From Podarcis liolepis (Eukaryota): a stretch of 64,000 nt of DNA. The number at the start of each line of letters is the position of its first letter. Position 1 is the first letter of the stretch. The stretch lies in the NCBI GenBank assembly GCA_965112155.1, contig OZ218111.1; one strand, 5' to 3'. Position numbers and translations under genes: made by a program. The notes beneath the pieces were generated by a model, which had not been told where the DNA came from, did no database searches, and was given only the letters and a program-made list of their open reading frames with translations. Below are positions 23,850-36,700 of the stretch, one piece after another.

Positions 23850-24345
23850 TATAGATGTAAAGATAGGATTTTTTACCCATGCGCATCATTTTACATTTGC
23901 TTACACTGAACCAATGTTGCAAATTTAATGCCCCTTCCCCCAGATTGAAAATATCCACTTGGAGCTCTTTACTATCCCGTTTTGCTTTTAACATCCTGAA
24001 TAACTAGGTGTCATCAGCATATTTGACTACCTCAATGTTCATCCTGACTCCGTATCACTTATGAAGCAATTAAATAGCACGGGTCCCAGTACAGATATCT
24101 GGGGAATCCCATTTCTTCCAAGTACACAATGTCTACCAGATAACACCTTTAGAGTGTCAATCACATTATCAAAAATGTAGTTATTGACACTCTGAAAGGT
24201 TAATGATTTAGGTAGGTAGCCATGTTGGTCTGACGCAGTCGAAATATATATAAAAAATAAAAAAATTAGAGACCAACTAAGTTTGTTCTGGGTATAAGCT
24301 TTCGTGTGCATGGAGAAGCCATGCTGATTCATCTTCAGCAAGACT
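23850..24345 (-). mobile_element. CR1 LINE RT fragment interrupted by a Penelope-like fragment (about 24212-24312)
   Basis: RT remnants NQHGF and GIPQISVLGPVLFNCFISD; insert gtagccatgttggtctg...agagaccaactaag...gctttcgtgtgcatg. Confidence 0.65.
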
Positions 24346-27300
24346 TGTTATTTTTTATGCTTTATAATGCTCTTCTATATGATTTTTTATACCAATTGCT
24401 GGGAATTACAAGTGGGAAGAGTCCTGTTACCCTCAAGTTCTGCTTGTGGGCTTCCCATTGGGGCAACTGGTCGGTTATTGTGAAAACAGGATGTTGGATT
24501 AGGAGGGCCTTTGGCCTGATCCAGCAGCAAGGCTCTTCCTACATAATTGCCAGTTTCTGAGCCAGAGGGACCAGATGATTGCCCCTCCCTACTGTGTCAC
24601 ATTTTAAAATGCTGAGGTGCTACATAAGGAGGAGGAGAGCTGCCTCTGGTTTTGTCATCAGAGATGTGTTTTGCATCCTAGGAAGAAGCCTTGCCCACCC
24701 TGCTCCGGAGACCAGTCTGCAGCCTGTTCCCTTTAAACAAAACACCTGAAGGAGAAAGAAGAAAAGTTAGTCTGTTTCTTAAAATAAACAGAATGTTCTT
24801 TACCTGTTAAGAGATGACATTTTTGTTCTATAGTTGGTTTCTCCTGCAATAAATGCTGGTATTCCAAAACTAAAAGAAGCAGAGCTGGGCAGGAGCTGCC
24901 TTCCTTCTAAGCATCAATTCTCTATGATGCCATTTACTCCTGGAAGAGAAAGAGATGGCTCTGGAACCAGGTCCTGCATGATAGGTAAAACAGGAAATAC
25001 TGGTCTTTGTACATTGCCTCCATAAATAATTACTTTGAAGAAAGAGCTTTTTTCCCCAATTAAAATTGAAGCAGTTAGATTTTGGAAGAAATATAGTTAG
25101 GCTCTTATTCAGTTGCTGCTGAATCCCCGTTCAATCACATTTTGTTTGCTCACTAAGGAGTTTTGTTGGGTAAGAGAAAGAGATTTGTTGAATAAATACA
25201 GCCTGATAAAAGGCATGTTTACTTTGAAACCTACTAAAATCAGTGAAACCTGCGTGCAGGTAAATGTCCACAGGAGCACAGCCTTAATTGGTCTAGCCTC
25301 AGTGTATTCCAGTTACTGTAGTAACTTACACACTGCAGGAATGGAGAGTCTTGCACTGTGGCTGTCAAATAGATAGAGAGCGATAGAGATATATGGACAT
25401 TTGTGGATTTTGACTTATTTCACATTATTTCCTTCCTTTCCTCTTTTCCTCTAAGGAGCTCAGGCCAAGTTTGAGACTCCTCATACCACCAGAGGTGGAC
25501 AACCTCTGCTCCTTCATATGATACTGGACTCCAGCTCCCTGAACAGGGATTTAATCCTGGATCAATACCAGATAGATAATCTATAACTAGAGGCCCCTGT
25601 CTTGTCTTTGGTCTGAAGCATTGATCAGACACTGATCACAAGGGAACACCAGAGGCCCCATGATCATCCATCCAGAGGAGCTGGGTGCCCTGATACAGAA
25701 CATAATTTATTGGTTAATAACAAACTAGGATATAGCAGTAAAGATACTATATAGATATGAACTGTCCAAAAGACTGAGAAAGGCAATAAGATTGGGAGAT
25801 GGAAAATCAGGAGTACTTAGCTCTTGAAACCATTTGGAGCAAGTTCTTTGCTGTTGGGAACTGTCCTTGGTCCTGCAAGTTCTATTGCTGTCCCTGCCTT
25901 TGCTTCCTTGTTTTACAACAAAGATGGGAAGTGGGAGGTGTATAATCTGATTACCTGGTGTCTTTTTATTTTCTTCAGCATAGTTGCCACTTTGACTGAA
26001 ATTGCACTGGTGAACATATGCTATTTGTACCTGTCCCACGTCGTCTCCCTCTGGCAAAAGGTGTGGGGCAACAGGTGCTTGTATTTACCCTCCTCTCCAG
26101 TGGGGCATATGCAAGCATATGGAATATTCTTACAATTCAGGAAAGGGCAGGGGGAGAGAATTAAAAGCTCTCCCCTCAGTGCTGTTTCCCTGCTTAAATT
26201 AGCAGCCCACTTCAGGTTCTTTGAAGAAAAAGAGCTAGGAAGTGCCCTGTTGGATCGAACCAAAGGAGACTCATTTGGTCCAGCATCTGATTTCCCACAG
26301 TGACCAATCAGGTGTCCCAATGAGTGTCTGACAGCAGGCAAAACACAAGGTGATTGTCTTCCACATTTTCTTATGTCCTTTCAAAGGCATCTGAGTTCTG
26401 GTCCATCGCCACACCTATAGTGTGCAATGTTTTACTGTGGTTTTATAATTTTCTAGAAACTGCCCAGAGTGGTTGGGGCAACCCAGTCAGATGGGTGGCA
26501 TATAAATAATATTTTTAAAATTAAATTATTGTTGTGGAAGTGAATTCCATCATTTAACTACGTGCCGTGTAAAAAATTCTTCCTTTTGTCTGACCTGAAT
26601 CTTCCAGTGTTCAGCTTCACTGTATGTCCCTAGGATTTAGTATTTTGAAAAAAAGCCAAAGGGTAGCTGTCCCCTTTCTCCACACCATGTATAATTATCT
26701 ATCACTCCTCTGCTGCCTTTCTTCTTTTCTAAGCTAAGAAGCCCCCAATGCTCAGCACCACCTTCTGCCGTGCCAAGAACCTGCAGCCCCTTGGGGATGG
26801 ACACCAGCTGCCAGCGTGGAGGTAAAAGAGGAAGGTTGGGGAACTGGCTGTCAGGGCTGCCCTTCTGAGGGCAGGAGGAATATAGGGTCACCAGAATACC
26901 AAGGTCCCGTGGGTTGCCACCCCTCACTCTGCATTGTAGACAGGCGCTGCAGCTGGGGGCCAGGGCAGCTTCCCCACCTCCGCTCGTTTGGAGGCCGCTG
27001 GCCTGACTTGGGGGGGGCAGACCTCGGGCCGGCGGGGAGGGATCGCTTTCTCGCGGCAGGCAAAGGGGTTCGCTCTCCCTTGCCCCACCCGACGGAAAGA
27101 GGGAAGGGTCGCCCTCATTCCTCGGTGCCGGCTGGGGGTACATCACCGGAGCCCAGCAGCAGGAGCAAAAGCTGGATCAAACCCGGGCGCGTGGGGGAGG
27201 AGGCTCCGCTAACAGAGATAAGCGCCTGTTGGGCTGCAGGACAGCGGCCGGGATCGCCTCGGGTCCTGGAAGGAGCGTGTATATCTCCCCCTCCAGGAGA

Positions 27301-27580
27301 ACAGAAGGAAGATGCAATTCCGCCCCGCTCCTCCCAGCCCGTTCGACGCGGGGAGTGGAAAGAGCCCCGCCCCTTCTGTGACTCCGCCCCACGCCCAGCT
27401 TATCCTAAGCACGCCTGGGTAGGTGGGCGGGGACGGCCTCTGGGGGCGGGGCCACGGGAACCCCCGCCCCAGCGCCTCGTGGGGCACGTGCGTTCTGAGG
27501 AGCCAATCCGCGCGCGGCCGGCTCTCCCCTTAAGAGGCGCGCGCAGGAGGCCGCTGCGACATCTGCGGAGTTGGGAACCA

Positions 27581-27624
27581 GTTGCTATGGGGACGCCGGC
27601 GGCCGGGCCTGTCGCCATGGAGAC
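27581..27624 (+). promoter_or_regulatory. Two tandem RFX X-box-like elements overlapping the two MAP1A ATGs
   Basis: GTTGCTATGGGGAC (27581-27594) and GTCGCCATGGAGAC (27611-27624) resemble GTTGCCATGGCAAC. Confidence 0.7.
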
Positions 27625-27746
27625 GCCGGCGGCGCCCGGCAGCGAGAGGCGGGGGAGGCAGCGGCGGGGCCACGCGGTGCTTGCCGTGATCGGCGAGGTC
27701 GGCACCGAGCAAGAGCGGGAAACGCTGCGCCGGAGCCTCGAGCGCG
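27587..27746 (+). CDS. MAP1A: MAP1A exon 1 (MGTPAAGPVAMETPAA...HAVLAVIGEVGTEQERETLRRSLER)
   Basis: MAP1-family motif HxVLxVIGE...LERG; G|GTAAGG donor; alternative ATG at 27617. Confidence 0.85.
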
Positions 27747-30700
27747 GTAAGGACGGGCGGAGGGAGGGAGGGAGAGAGAGGGGGAGGCCTGCCGGAAGCC
27801 GCCGCCGCCTGCGCGTTCAGCACCCTGGAGAGGGCTTGCTGTGTCGCCGCCGTCGGGAGCACCTGAGGGGCGCGTGACCGGTTGGATCTCGCCCTGGCGC
27901 GGCGCTCCCTGGACCGGAATTCCCAAGAGCGGCGGCGTCCACATCCCTGGAGAGTCTGTGGCGGGGAGGGGGCGGGACACTGGCCGCCAAGAGGAGGAAG
28001 GGAAAGCGGGTCGCCAGGCCCAGCCGCCGCCGCAGGACCTGCCTAGGAAGCTCGCTGAGCGGGGCGGCTTCTTCTGGCCGGACCCTTCTCCTTGCCCGCT
28101 GCCGCCTGGGCAGGAGTTCCCGAGGCGCCGCTCCCTGGAAGATCCACCTGGCGGTCAGTCTTCTTGCCATTTTGATCTTGCCGGTTCGAGAGTGACTGAA
28201 GACAAATTTGCTCTGTCATCTATGGGAGAGCCTGGGAACTGTCATCGTTTTCGTCTATTAGTCCTTTATTCTTAAACTGCTGCAGTGCTCAGAAGTACTG
28301 GACTCCAGCTGAAGGCTGACCAAAGCAGAATTTAGCGGTCCCATAGCTTCTCATGATCCAGACACTATGTTTCCGTTGTAGCCTAGAATTGTATTAGCCT
28401 TTTTAGTAGCAGCATCATATTGCTGGCTCATTTTTAGCTCATGGTGTGCTAAGAAACCTGGCTCTACTGTCAAGCCAGGTGCTTTCCATCCTGTACTTGT
28501 GTGTCTTGATTTTCCTACCTAAATGCATAATGTTGCATTTATCTGTGTTGAAATTAAATTTGTTACTTTGGTCCAGTTCTTCATCATGCTAGACTCACCT
28601 TGAATTTTGTTGGTTTGGTGTTATCTACTGATTTGATGAACATTTTCTCTACTCTTTTGTGTCCAAGTCTTTTATACAAAGTTGTTGAGCCATTAGCTAC
28701 ACATCTGCCTAACAGTGTCTTTCATGTGGGGGTGGGGAACCTTCATAGGCAGCATTCTGGGAACTGTTTGTCAAAGGTGGGCAGGACTAGAAGCAAAATA
28801 AGCAACAGATGTGACTCTTCTTAGTACAATAGACTACAGCCCTGCCACAATCAAGCCAATGATTTCCCCACACACCCTTCTCCATCCACTGAGACAGTTC
28901 AAGGACACATTTCAGCCAGGCAAAAGCCCTATAGGAGGAACTGGATCCAGAGCCCTTGAGGGTTTTGGCTTGGGGAAAGTCTAAAGAGTTGGATAAGGAG
29001 TTCTGGAAGTCTCTATTCTGCCCCTGAATCCAAGAGTCCCCAAGCTTAGTCTATCACACATTTTAGCAGCTTGTCAACAAGAATATTGTGGAGGAGCTTG
29101 TTGAAAGCCTTGCTGAAAACAAGCTATACTACATCTCGTAACTTCCCCCTGTTCTATCAAGTTAGCTGTAAAAAGGGGGAGGTAGATGAAGTTCATCTGG
29201 TATGACTTTTTCTTAAGAAAACTGACTTGTAGTTGTATTTCTATCTGGCACAATGCTGCTGCTTGAACTGGTGGAGTATAAAGCTAGGAGTAAACAAATA
29301 CAAAGCATATACTGTAATCATTCCTGCAAAGGGCATAAGGAATGAGACAGTAAGTGCACTCCCAATAAGGCTTTATAGCTGGGGTGGAACCCTTAATGCC
29401 CTCTCTCCTCAGGAACTCCAGCCTGGCAGGGGGGGAAAGGCATGCAACCCCACTGACCATGTATCCAGGTAAGTGAGGAAGGTTCCCCTTCTCTGCAGCC
29501 TGGAGGGTGTGGCTGGTGCTTGCCCAGCTGCTGCCAGCAAAATGTCCCATATTGGCCCTCCCCCAAGAATGCAAATCAGTGTCATGGGATTGACACTGCA
29601 GTGCTATTCAAGGACCTCCTAGTTGCAGCTCTGATTTTCAGCAACTTATGGGAAACCCACATCTTTCTTGCTGCACATAAGGGGATTAGATGGAAGCAAG
29701 CTGGCAAGCTTGGAAAGAGGCAGGTAGTGGCTGCTTCTGCTGCTGCTGCGGCTGCTGTGGTGTGTAGTTGGTGCTGCAGTGCAGCTTTCTTTCCTGCTAG
29801 TTCCTGGACTTTCTCTCTGCAGTGAGTGTGAAGCAGGAGCAGCATGAAAGTGCCTCCTTGGTGAGCAGGAAGTAGGTGAGGGCTCTTTTCTTACCTGGCA
29901 TTCTCCAGAAATGGAGTAAAGGCAGCCCTCTTGTCTCTCCTTAGGGTGATATTTGTAGCACCTTGTCAATGTGGATGGGTCATTTCAAGGGAATGAAAGA
30001 AGAATTGCCACTGTGGTTGACTCCTCCTTTGGACATATGGAAATCACCTCCTTTTCTTTTATTTTCCTCCCCTGTGGTTGGCTGAATCCTTTTAAAGCAG
30101 TCTTACACTGCAGGGTTTGTGGAGAGGGGCTGTCTTTGTAAGTCTGGAAGGGCATCGCTTTATTCTTATTTAATTTCAAAAATGCATATCTCTTGTTTTT
30201 AAATTTAAATAATTTCTAAAGCAACGCACAATGCTGGTAAAACAGAGCACAATGTACTGTAAATGGACTATCACATTATTATTAATTTTTAACTCAAAAG
30301 ATCAGTGGAAATAAAATAAGTTGGACAGCATAACAAGGAAGATAAAACAGGCTGTACACAATTCAGCAAATAAAATTAAAATGTTGCTCATGAAAAGCTC
30401 CTACAAATGAAACAGTCTTTATCTGGCACTGAAAACTTAGCAAACGTGTGGAGCAGCTGTATATGGAGGGCATTGCAGTGATGGGACATAATCTCTCCAG
30501 CTACCACCTGCCTTGCTTCTGCAGGCAAAGGAAGGTTTGCATAGGAGTAGGTGGTCTTCCAGATACCAAGGTTCTAAGGCATAAATGATTTTAAAGGTTA
30601 AGACTAGACTAGCAGTTTACCTGGGGAAATAGGAAATCTGGAGCTACTTTTGAACATAATTGTGTGTTCCTCATTACTAGTACCAACAATAACCTAAACT

Positions 30701-33700
30701 GCAGCATTTTACATTTCTGCATTGTCTTCAAATATAATCTAAAGATAGATGGGCATAGTATGGGCAATAGTGGCAAGGGGTCACAGCTAGTGAACCTGAC
30801 TAGTCTGATGATGCAGATGCCCCAGGATATCCAAACTATTAGAAGGATTTAACAGCACTCCAAAATTCTGGGCTTGATCCTTAAGGGGTGTATAATCCCA
30901 TTCAGAACAGGCCAAAACTGTCTTTCTAGTCACATTTTATTTGTTTATTAATTTATTGCATTTATAAGTCTCCATTTCCTCCATGGAATTTGAGGTGGTG
31001 TACATCGTACCCCTCCTCCTTCTTCATTTAACTCCCACAACAGCCTTGTGAGGTTAGGTTGAGAAGCAGTGATGGCCCCTGGTTACCCAGTGAGCATCAT
31101 GGCCAATTGGGGATTTGAACCCTGGTCTCCCAGGTCCTAGTCTGACACTCTAACTTCTATACCATTCTGGCTTAGATGAAATTCCTCTCCACAGCAGTTC
31201 TGCCTTGCCTGGACTCACATAGTATATAAGCCCCCATCCAATCCATTACTGACCTCTGACACCTATTCAGAACTATTTGCTCCTCTTGTTCAACTGAAAC
31301 CAGAGCTCTTCCTGCTGGGACTAATGGCTGTACAACTAGAAAAAGAATATGGAATACAATATATGATCACAGCAGTAAGATTTTAATAAGCACAACAAAG
31401 ACAGAAGAACTTACTATTACCTACTATGAAAGAATGGTTATTGAAATTAATGGATTTGGCTGAGATTGCAAAGTTGACATGTTAGAGAAAAATCATTGTT
31501 GACATTTTGAAGACTGAAAAAAGTTGGTTTATGTAAAGTAGAAGAGTTGGATGTTATTATGGAGTAAGTTTTTGCACAAGCTTTTAAAACTAATAGATGG
31601 AGAATTGGAAATCTTTTCTTTTTTCCTTCTTTTTCTGTAACTTATTTATTTTAGCTTTTATGTTTAAAAATGCTGGAAATTTAATGCTGAATTCTTTATA
31701 TTGTTTATTCCTTGTTTGTTTTTCAAGCTTTAATAAAAATAGCTTTTTTAAAAAAAGAACTTTTAGCTCCTCTCCTAAATTCAAGGAAGACTGGAAGGTC
31801 CTTGAGGGACGTTTTCCTGATTCCCACTATTTCACTTCATTCATTCCAGCAGCACCATGATAAACTGAATGTTAGGAAACATAATGAGGAAATTTGTTTT
31901 GTATGGAGTATAGATTACAATGTGTGCAACTGAAATTAGTACATATTGTTTGGTCTTAAATTGTTCTGTCATTATCAAATTGAACATACATGCTTCTTGT
32001 GTGTATGTCTTGTACATTTTAAATAACCTTAGAAAGGACAGCCAGAGAGCCTGACTTGGGTGGTCCCAGTTTCATTCTTTATTGTCCCAGTTCCTTTAGT
32101 CTTTACTGAAATTGGAATATTCTGTGTACAATTTTGACCAGAACCTGAGGCTAGATAGCCCAGGGTAGAAGAGATGCATTTCATTCAGGGTGCCCCATTG
32201 CACTGAAAGGTATTCTCTTTATATATATATATATATAAAATATTTATTAAAGTTTCAGAAAAAGGAATTACATAAAAACAAAAAGTACAAAAGTACAAAA
32301 CAAAAATAAAAATACAAGAAAAATACAGAATAGAAAAGAAAATAAGTACACTTACAGAAAAAGAAGAAAAAAATAAAAATAAAAAATTAACCTTTCCATA
32401 TCTTACATTCATATCCTTGTTTCCCTGACCTCCTCATACCTCCCTTTTTGTGTTTCAATTCAATTAATTAATTCAGCAATTTCTTTCCCTCTTTATTATC
32501 CTGATCTTTGATCTTAATATATTATTAAATTTTTACCTATTTAAAAATCAAATTTTTCCATATTCTTTTATATCATTACAGCTAAAACCGCTTAACTTCA
32601 ATCAAACATCATTCTAACATTCATTAATTTTACAATACTTCTGTAAATAGTCTTTAAATTTCTTCCAATCTTCTTCCACCGACTCTTCTCCCTGGTCTCG
32701 GATTCTACCAGTCATTTCCGCCAATTCCATGTAGTCCATCACTTTCATCTGCCATTCTTCCAGAGTGGGTGAAAGGTATTCTCCCCACCTCCGGTCTATT
32801 CAAGCAAATTAAGCCCAATAGTGTTAGGAAAAAAATACTTTAGCTCCAGGTCAGTCCCCTGGTACTCCAGGGAGCTTGTGGTCATAAATCTTCAGTAACC
32901 CACTGTAATTTACTTGCCAATAACTTCAAATTGGGTTCTGCTTCGAATACTGTAAAAATATGGGCTGCTGCCTTGGCTGCATCTGGTAGCACTTGCTTGG
33001 ATGAGTTTCAGTTGTTGCAGCCAGAAGGTGAAGACAGGATGCATGGAGAGACAAAGTTTCCCACTTCTGTGCTCTGTTGGAAGCTGCTGCCAAATAAACC
33101 TTCCTTGGGCCATCACCATGAGCTAAATATAAATCAGCAATCCAATGCAGTAACTAAAAAAGCCAATACAGTTCTAGACTGCATTAACTAATGTATAAAA
33201 TGTCCACACCACAAAACTAATGATGGCACCCTATTCTGCTTTGGTCAGACCTCATCTAGACCTACCTGTGTCCAGCTGTGGTGGGCACAGCAGCTGAAGG
33301 AGTGCCCAACTGGAGTGTGCCCAGAAATGGGCAACAAAGATAGTGAGGCCCCTGGGAACCACATCCTATGAGGAAGGAGGTGGGTATGTGTAGCCAGGAG
33401 AAGAGACAACTAAGAGGTGAGATGAGACAAAACCATGTTCATATACTTAAAGAGTGTCACATAGATAATGGAGCAATTTATTTCTCCAGAGAATAGGACC
33501 TGAACTAATAGGTTAAAATTATAGGAACCGGGATTTCTTTTTTTTTTTTATAATTTTTTTATTGATTTTACAAAGTTTTTTAAGAAAAACAAACAAACAC
33601 TTAAAAAGACAAACATACACGTATAGTTTCAAACATATTTTCATAAACCTCTTTTCTTTGACTTCCCCATACCCCCCCTCTCTGCATCCCAATGTCCATA

Positions 33701-36700
33701 ATTCTACAAACAACTCCCAATTATTACTTTCCAATCTCTGTCATCTTAGTCCTCTTTTGTATTCTAACCTTATATCCCTGTACCCCTTTGTTTCTGAAAT
33801 CCACAACATTTTAACATTCATTAAGTTTATAGTAGTCCTTAAGATAACTTTTAAATTTTCTCCATTCTTCTTCCACCGTCTCTTTTCGTTGGTCACGGAT
33901 TCTGCCTGTCATCTCGGCCAATGTCATATAGTCCATCACTTTCATCTGCCATTCTTCCAGAGTGGGAGGAACCGGGATTTCTACTAACCGTTAGAAAGAG
34001 CTTTCAATGGTGGAAGAGACTGCCTTGGAAGGTGGGGGGGGCTCTCCTTGATTATAGGTTTTTTTAGTGCAAATTGTATGGTCACCCATCATAAATGCTT
34101 TAGCAGTAGACTGACAAGTGAGGCTGAGCTGAGGTACCTTCCAGTTCTTTGTGTGTCCAGCCTTACTCATTGATACAGGTGCTTGAATTGGTGATAAGGA
34201 CCTGGCTCCAAATATTCCTAAATGGTGCTGATGATGTGGACTTATTTCATCTCACTTCCAGTCTGCTTTTAGGACTAAAACTGCTTTGGTCAGCAAGGCA
34301 ACATCGATGAAGCTGATCAGCATTGATGAAGCTGGTCAATGCAGTGTACATCACTGCAGTGTAGTATAAATCTGTGCTAAATGAAATAGGACATACACAA
34401 GCCCATTCTTCAGCTTTCCATGGTGCCAGGTGACTGAGGCAAACAGTCCCTCTGAAGGAATATTCGCTGGACAGTGTGGAAGAAACTCACCTCATGGACC
34501 TGAAGGTGACTCCCACCGCACGATGGGGAAGCCACATGGATTACCTGGAGAGGCTAAACTGCTGTTTGGAAGGACAGACTGAGCACCCTGCTGGGATAGG
34601 AAGGTGATTAGCCCTCATAGATTACATGGATTAAAGAGCAAACTCTGAGGCTATCAGGATGCTCAGGGGCTTTGGGAAAGTGATTAGGCAGTAGAAGCTT
34701 GGACTAGAGTTGGACTCTCATGCAAGGAGCAAAGCATCCAATGCACAGAAAAGGACTCTTGTTCCTACTGGGTGGTCGAACCCACTTCCTCACCCAAGGT
34801 ACAAGCCAGGCCTGTGTTCCTCTGAATCACAGTGTACAGCTTTGGTCTCTTCCAGGAGAGCACATGAACTCATTCCTCTCTCCCTTTGTCTCAACAGGTC
34901 TTCGCTCATGGGACATTGACCTCTCTTCCTGTGACCTTAATCAACAACTGAGACTGTTTGTTACGCGTCATCTTGCACATTTTTCATCAGAGGTCAAAGG
35001 TCAGTGCCCATCTTGTTTATCTTAATTTTTGAGATTTGCATTTGTGCCCAGACCTACTGTCAGCTTTGAGGGAGGCTTCTGGGGTGATGTGCTGTCTCCT
35101 GGTGGCTTCAGAAATAGGAGCAGAGCTCTGCCTGCTGCCAGCCTTACTCTTTCCTACAGTGCACTGGGATGCTAGTGGCATCTGACCCAGCCTCAAGGGA
35201 GAGTCTATGGGGCATAAAGGGCTCCTCCAAGTTGGGTGGGGGGAGTCCAAGTTGGGGGCTAGGAAGCAGCCTCAGGCTGCAGTCGCAGCACCATGGACAG
35301 CTCCAAATGGGCAGCTTGGAGATGCTGCACTCCACTGACGTTTTATGTTTGTATTGGGGGTCCTCAGACTTTTTAAACAGGGGGCCAGTTCACTGTCCCT
35401 CAGACACTGTTGGGGGCCAGACTACAGTTTGAAAAAAATATGAACAAATTTCTATGCACACTGCATATATTTTATTTGTAGTGCACAAAAAAACAGGAAA
35501 AACAATACAATATTTAAAATGAAGAACAATTTTAATCAACATAAACAAGCCAGGCCTAAGCTGGGGGGGGGGGATAAGGTGGGGTAGGGGGATCCCATCT
35601 CGAAGTGTCTGCATTTGCATATAATATTTTGGGGTGGGGCCACCGAAGGCTACGAAAATGTGCTGTTACACACAAACACCCATTTCAATACACACACCTT
35701 TGAAGGGGAAAGGGTGAGATATTGCTGTGGGAGCAGGAGGGAGGGAAAGAGATGCCTGCAATCCCACCACAAGGCTGTGGCAGTCGAGGGCTGGCGGTGG
35801 AGACCACGCAGCTTGTCAGCAGGGGGCCTGAGCAGCATTGGGGAAGGGGGGTGTTCGCTCCACACCACCTCCCGCCTGGCAGCACCCCCTAAACATCCGG
35901 CTCACCCCCTCCCCTTTCCCGTCCGTTAGGAGGGAAGTGGTTGTGGGAGGGGGAGAACCCTCCTTGCCTTTCCTCCCCCACCCCCAAAAAACAAAACACC
36001 TGCCCATTCAAGTGAGGGGGGGTTGAGAAGGCGCCCCCCCCATGTCTCCTCACAGGAAGTAGGCTCTGCTGCCACTGCATGGTCCAGCCCCACTGTGCCC
36101 CCCCCCATTCGCAGGGGGAGGGCAACCCAACTGAGGAGGAGTGGGAGGGCTGGGGCAGGCGGCAGTGGCACACCACATGAATGAAGAGCCAGCCTCCAAG
36201 GGCGCCTCATAAACACCCTCCTTTTTTCCCCCTCCCCCACTTCCTCCTCTCTTTTGGGTCCTGCAATGGCTGTGCGGGTTGGATTTAGGACCCCGGCGGG
36301 CTGGATCTGGCCCATGGATTGTAGTTTGAGGACCCCTGGTCTTGGGCCAGATCTCCCCATTCCTCAAGAGTGGAGACTCCCTGAAGCCAATCCTCTGGCC
36401 TGGATCCCACCTATCACCCTGTTACCTTGAGAGTGGTTGGGGTAACCGAATCCAGATGAGTAGCATATAAATAAATTATTATTTTTATTATTATTATCAT
36501 CATCCTCTCCTGCTTTCTGTATCGCCCGTGCTTGAGAGTGGGGTAGGGGTGGGGTGTCAAGGGTTCCTTGTGGGACTCAGGCTCCGGAAGTGCTATCTTT
36601 GTGGGGTTGTCTGTGATGGGGGTGGGGTCAGATACAGACTAAGGCTCATTGTTGGGAATTGAAGTTTAGCCCCTTCTCTGTTTGTATTCCTGCTATGCCT

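Larger units (their letters stand above)
26940..28190. promoter_or_regulatory. CpG island / MAP1A upstream promoter (GC boxes, CACGTG 27485-27490, CCAAT 27503-27507)
   Basis: CpG-rich region surrounding MAP1A exon 1. Confidence 0.82.

Noticed and set aside
24290-24340. Apparent hammerhead ribozyme core on the minus strand (CTGAAGA ... GAAAGC) next to a Penelope-like fragment
   Set aside because: The CTGAAGA appears to come from the flanking CR1 RT sequence (LKMNQHGF); only the GAAA half is Penelope-derived and stem II does not pair properly.
25824-26303. Hydrophobic 159-aa intergenic ORF
   Set aside because: Non-ATG start, no recognisable family or splice structure, repeat-rich context.
26816-28275. 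353-aa ORF and neighbours at the MAP1A promoter
   Set aside because: GC-rich read-through around exon 1; only 27587-27746 has MAP1 similarity and a donor.
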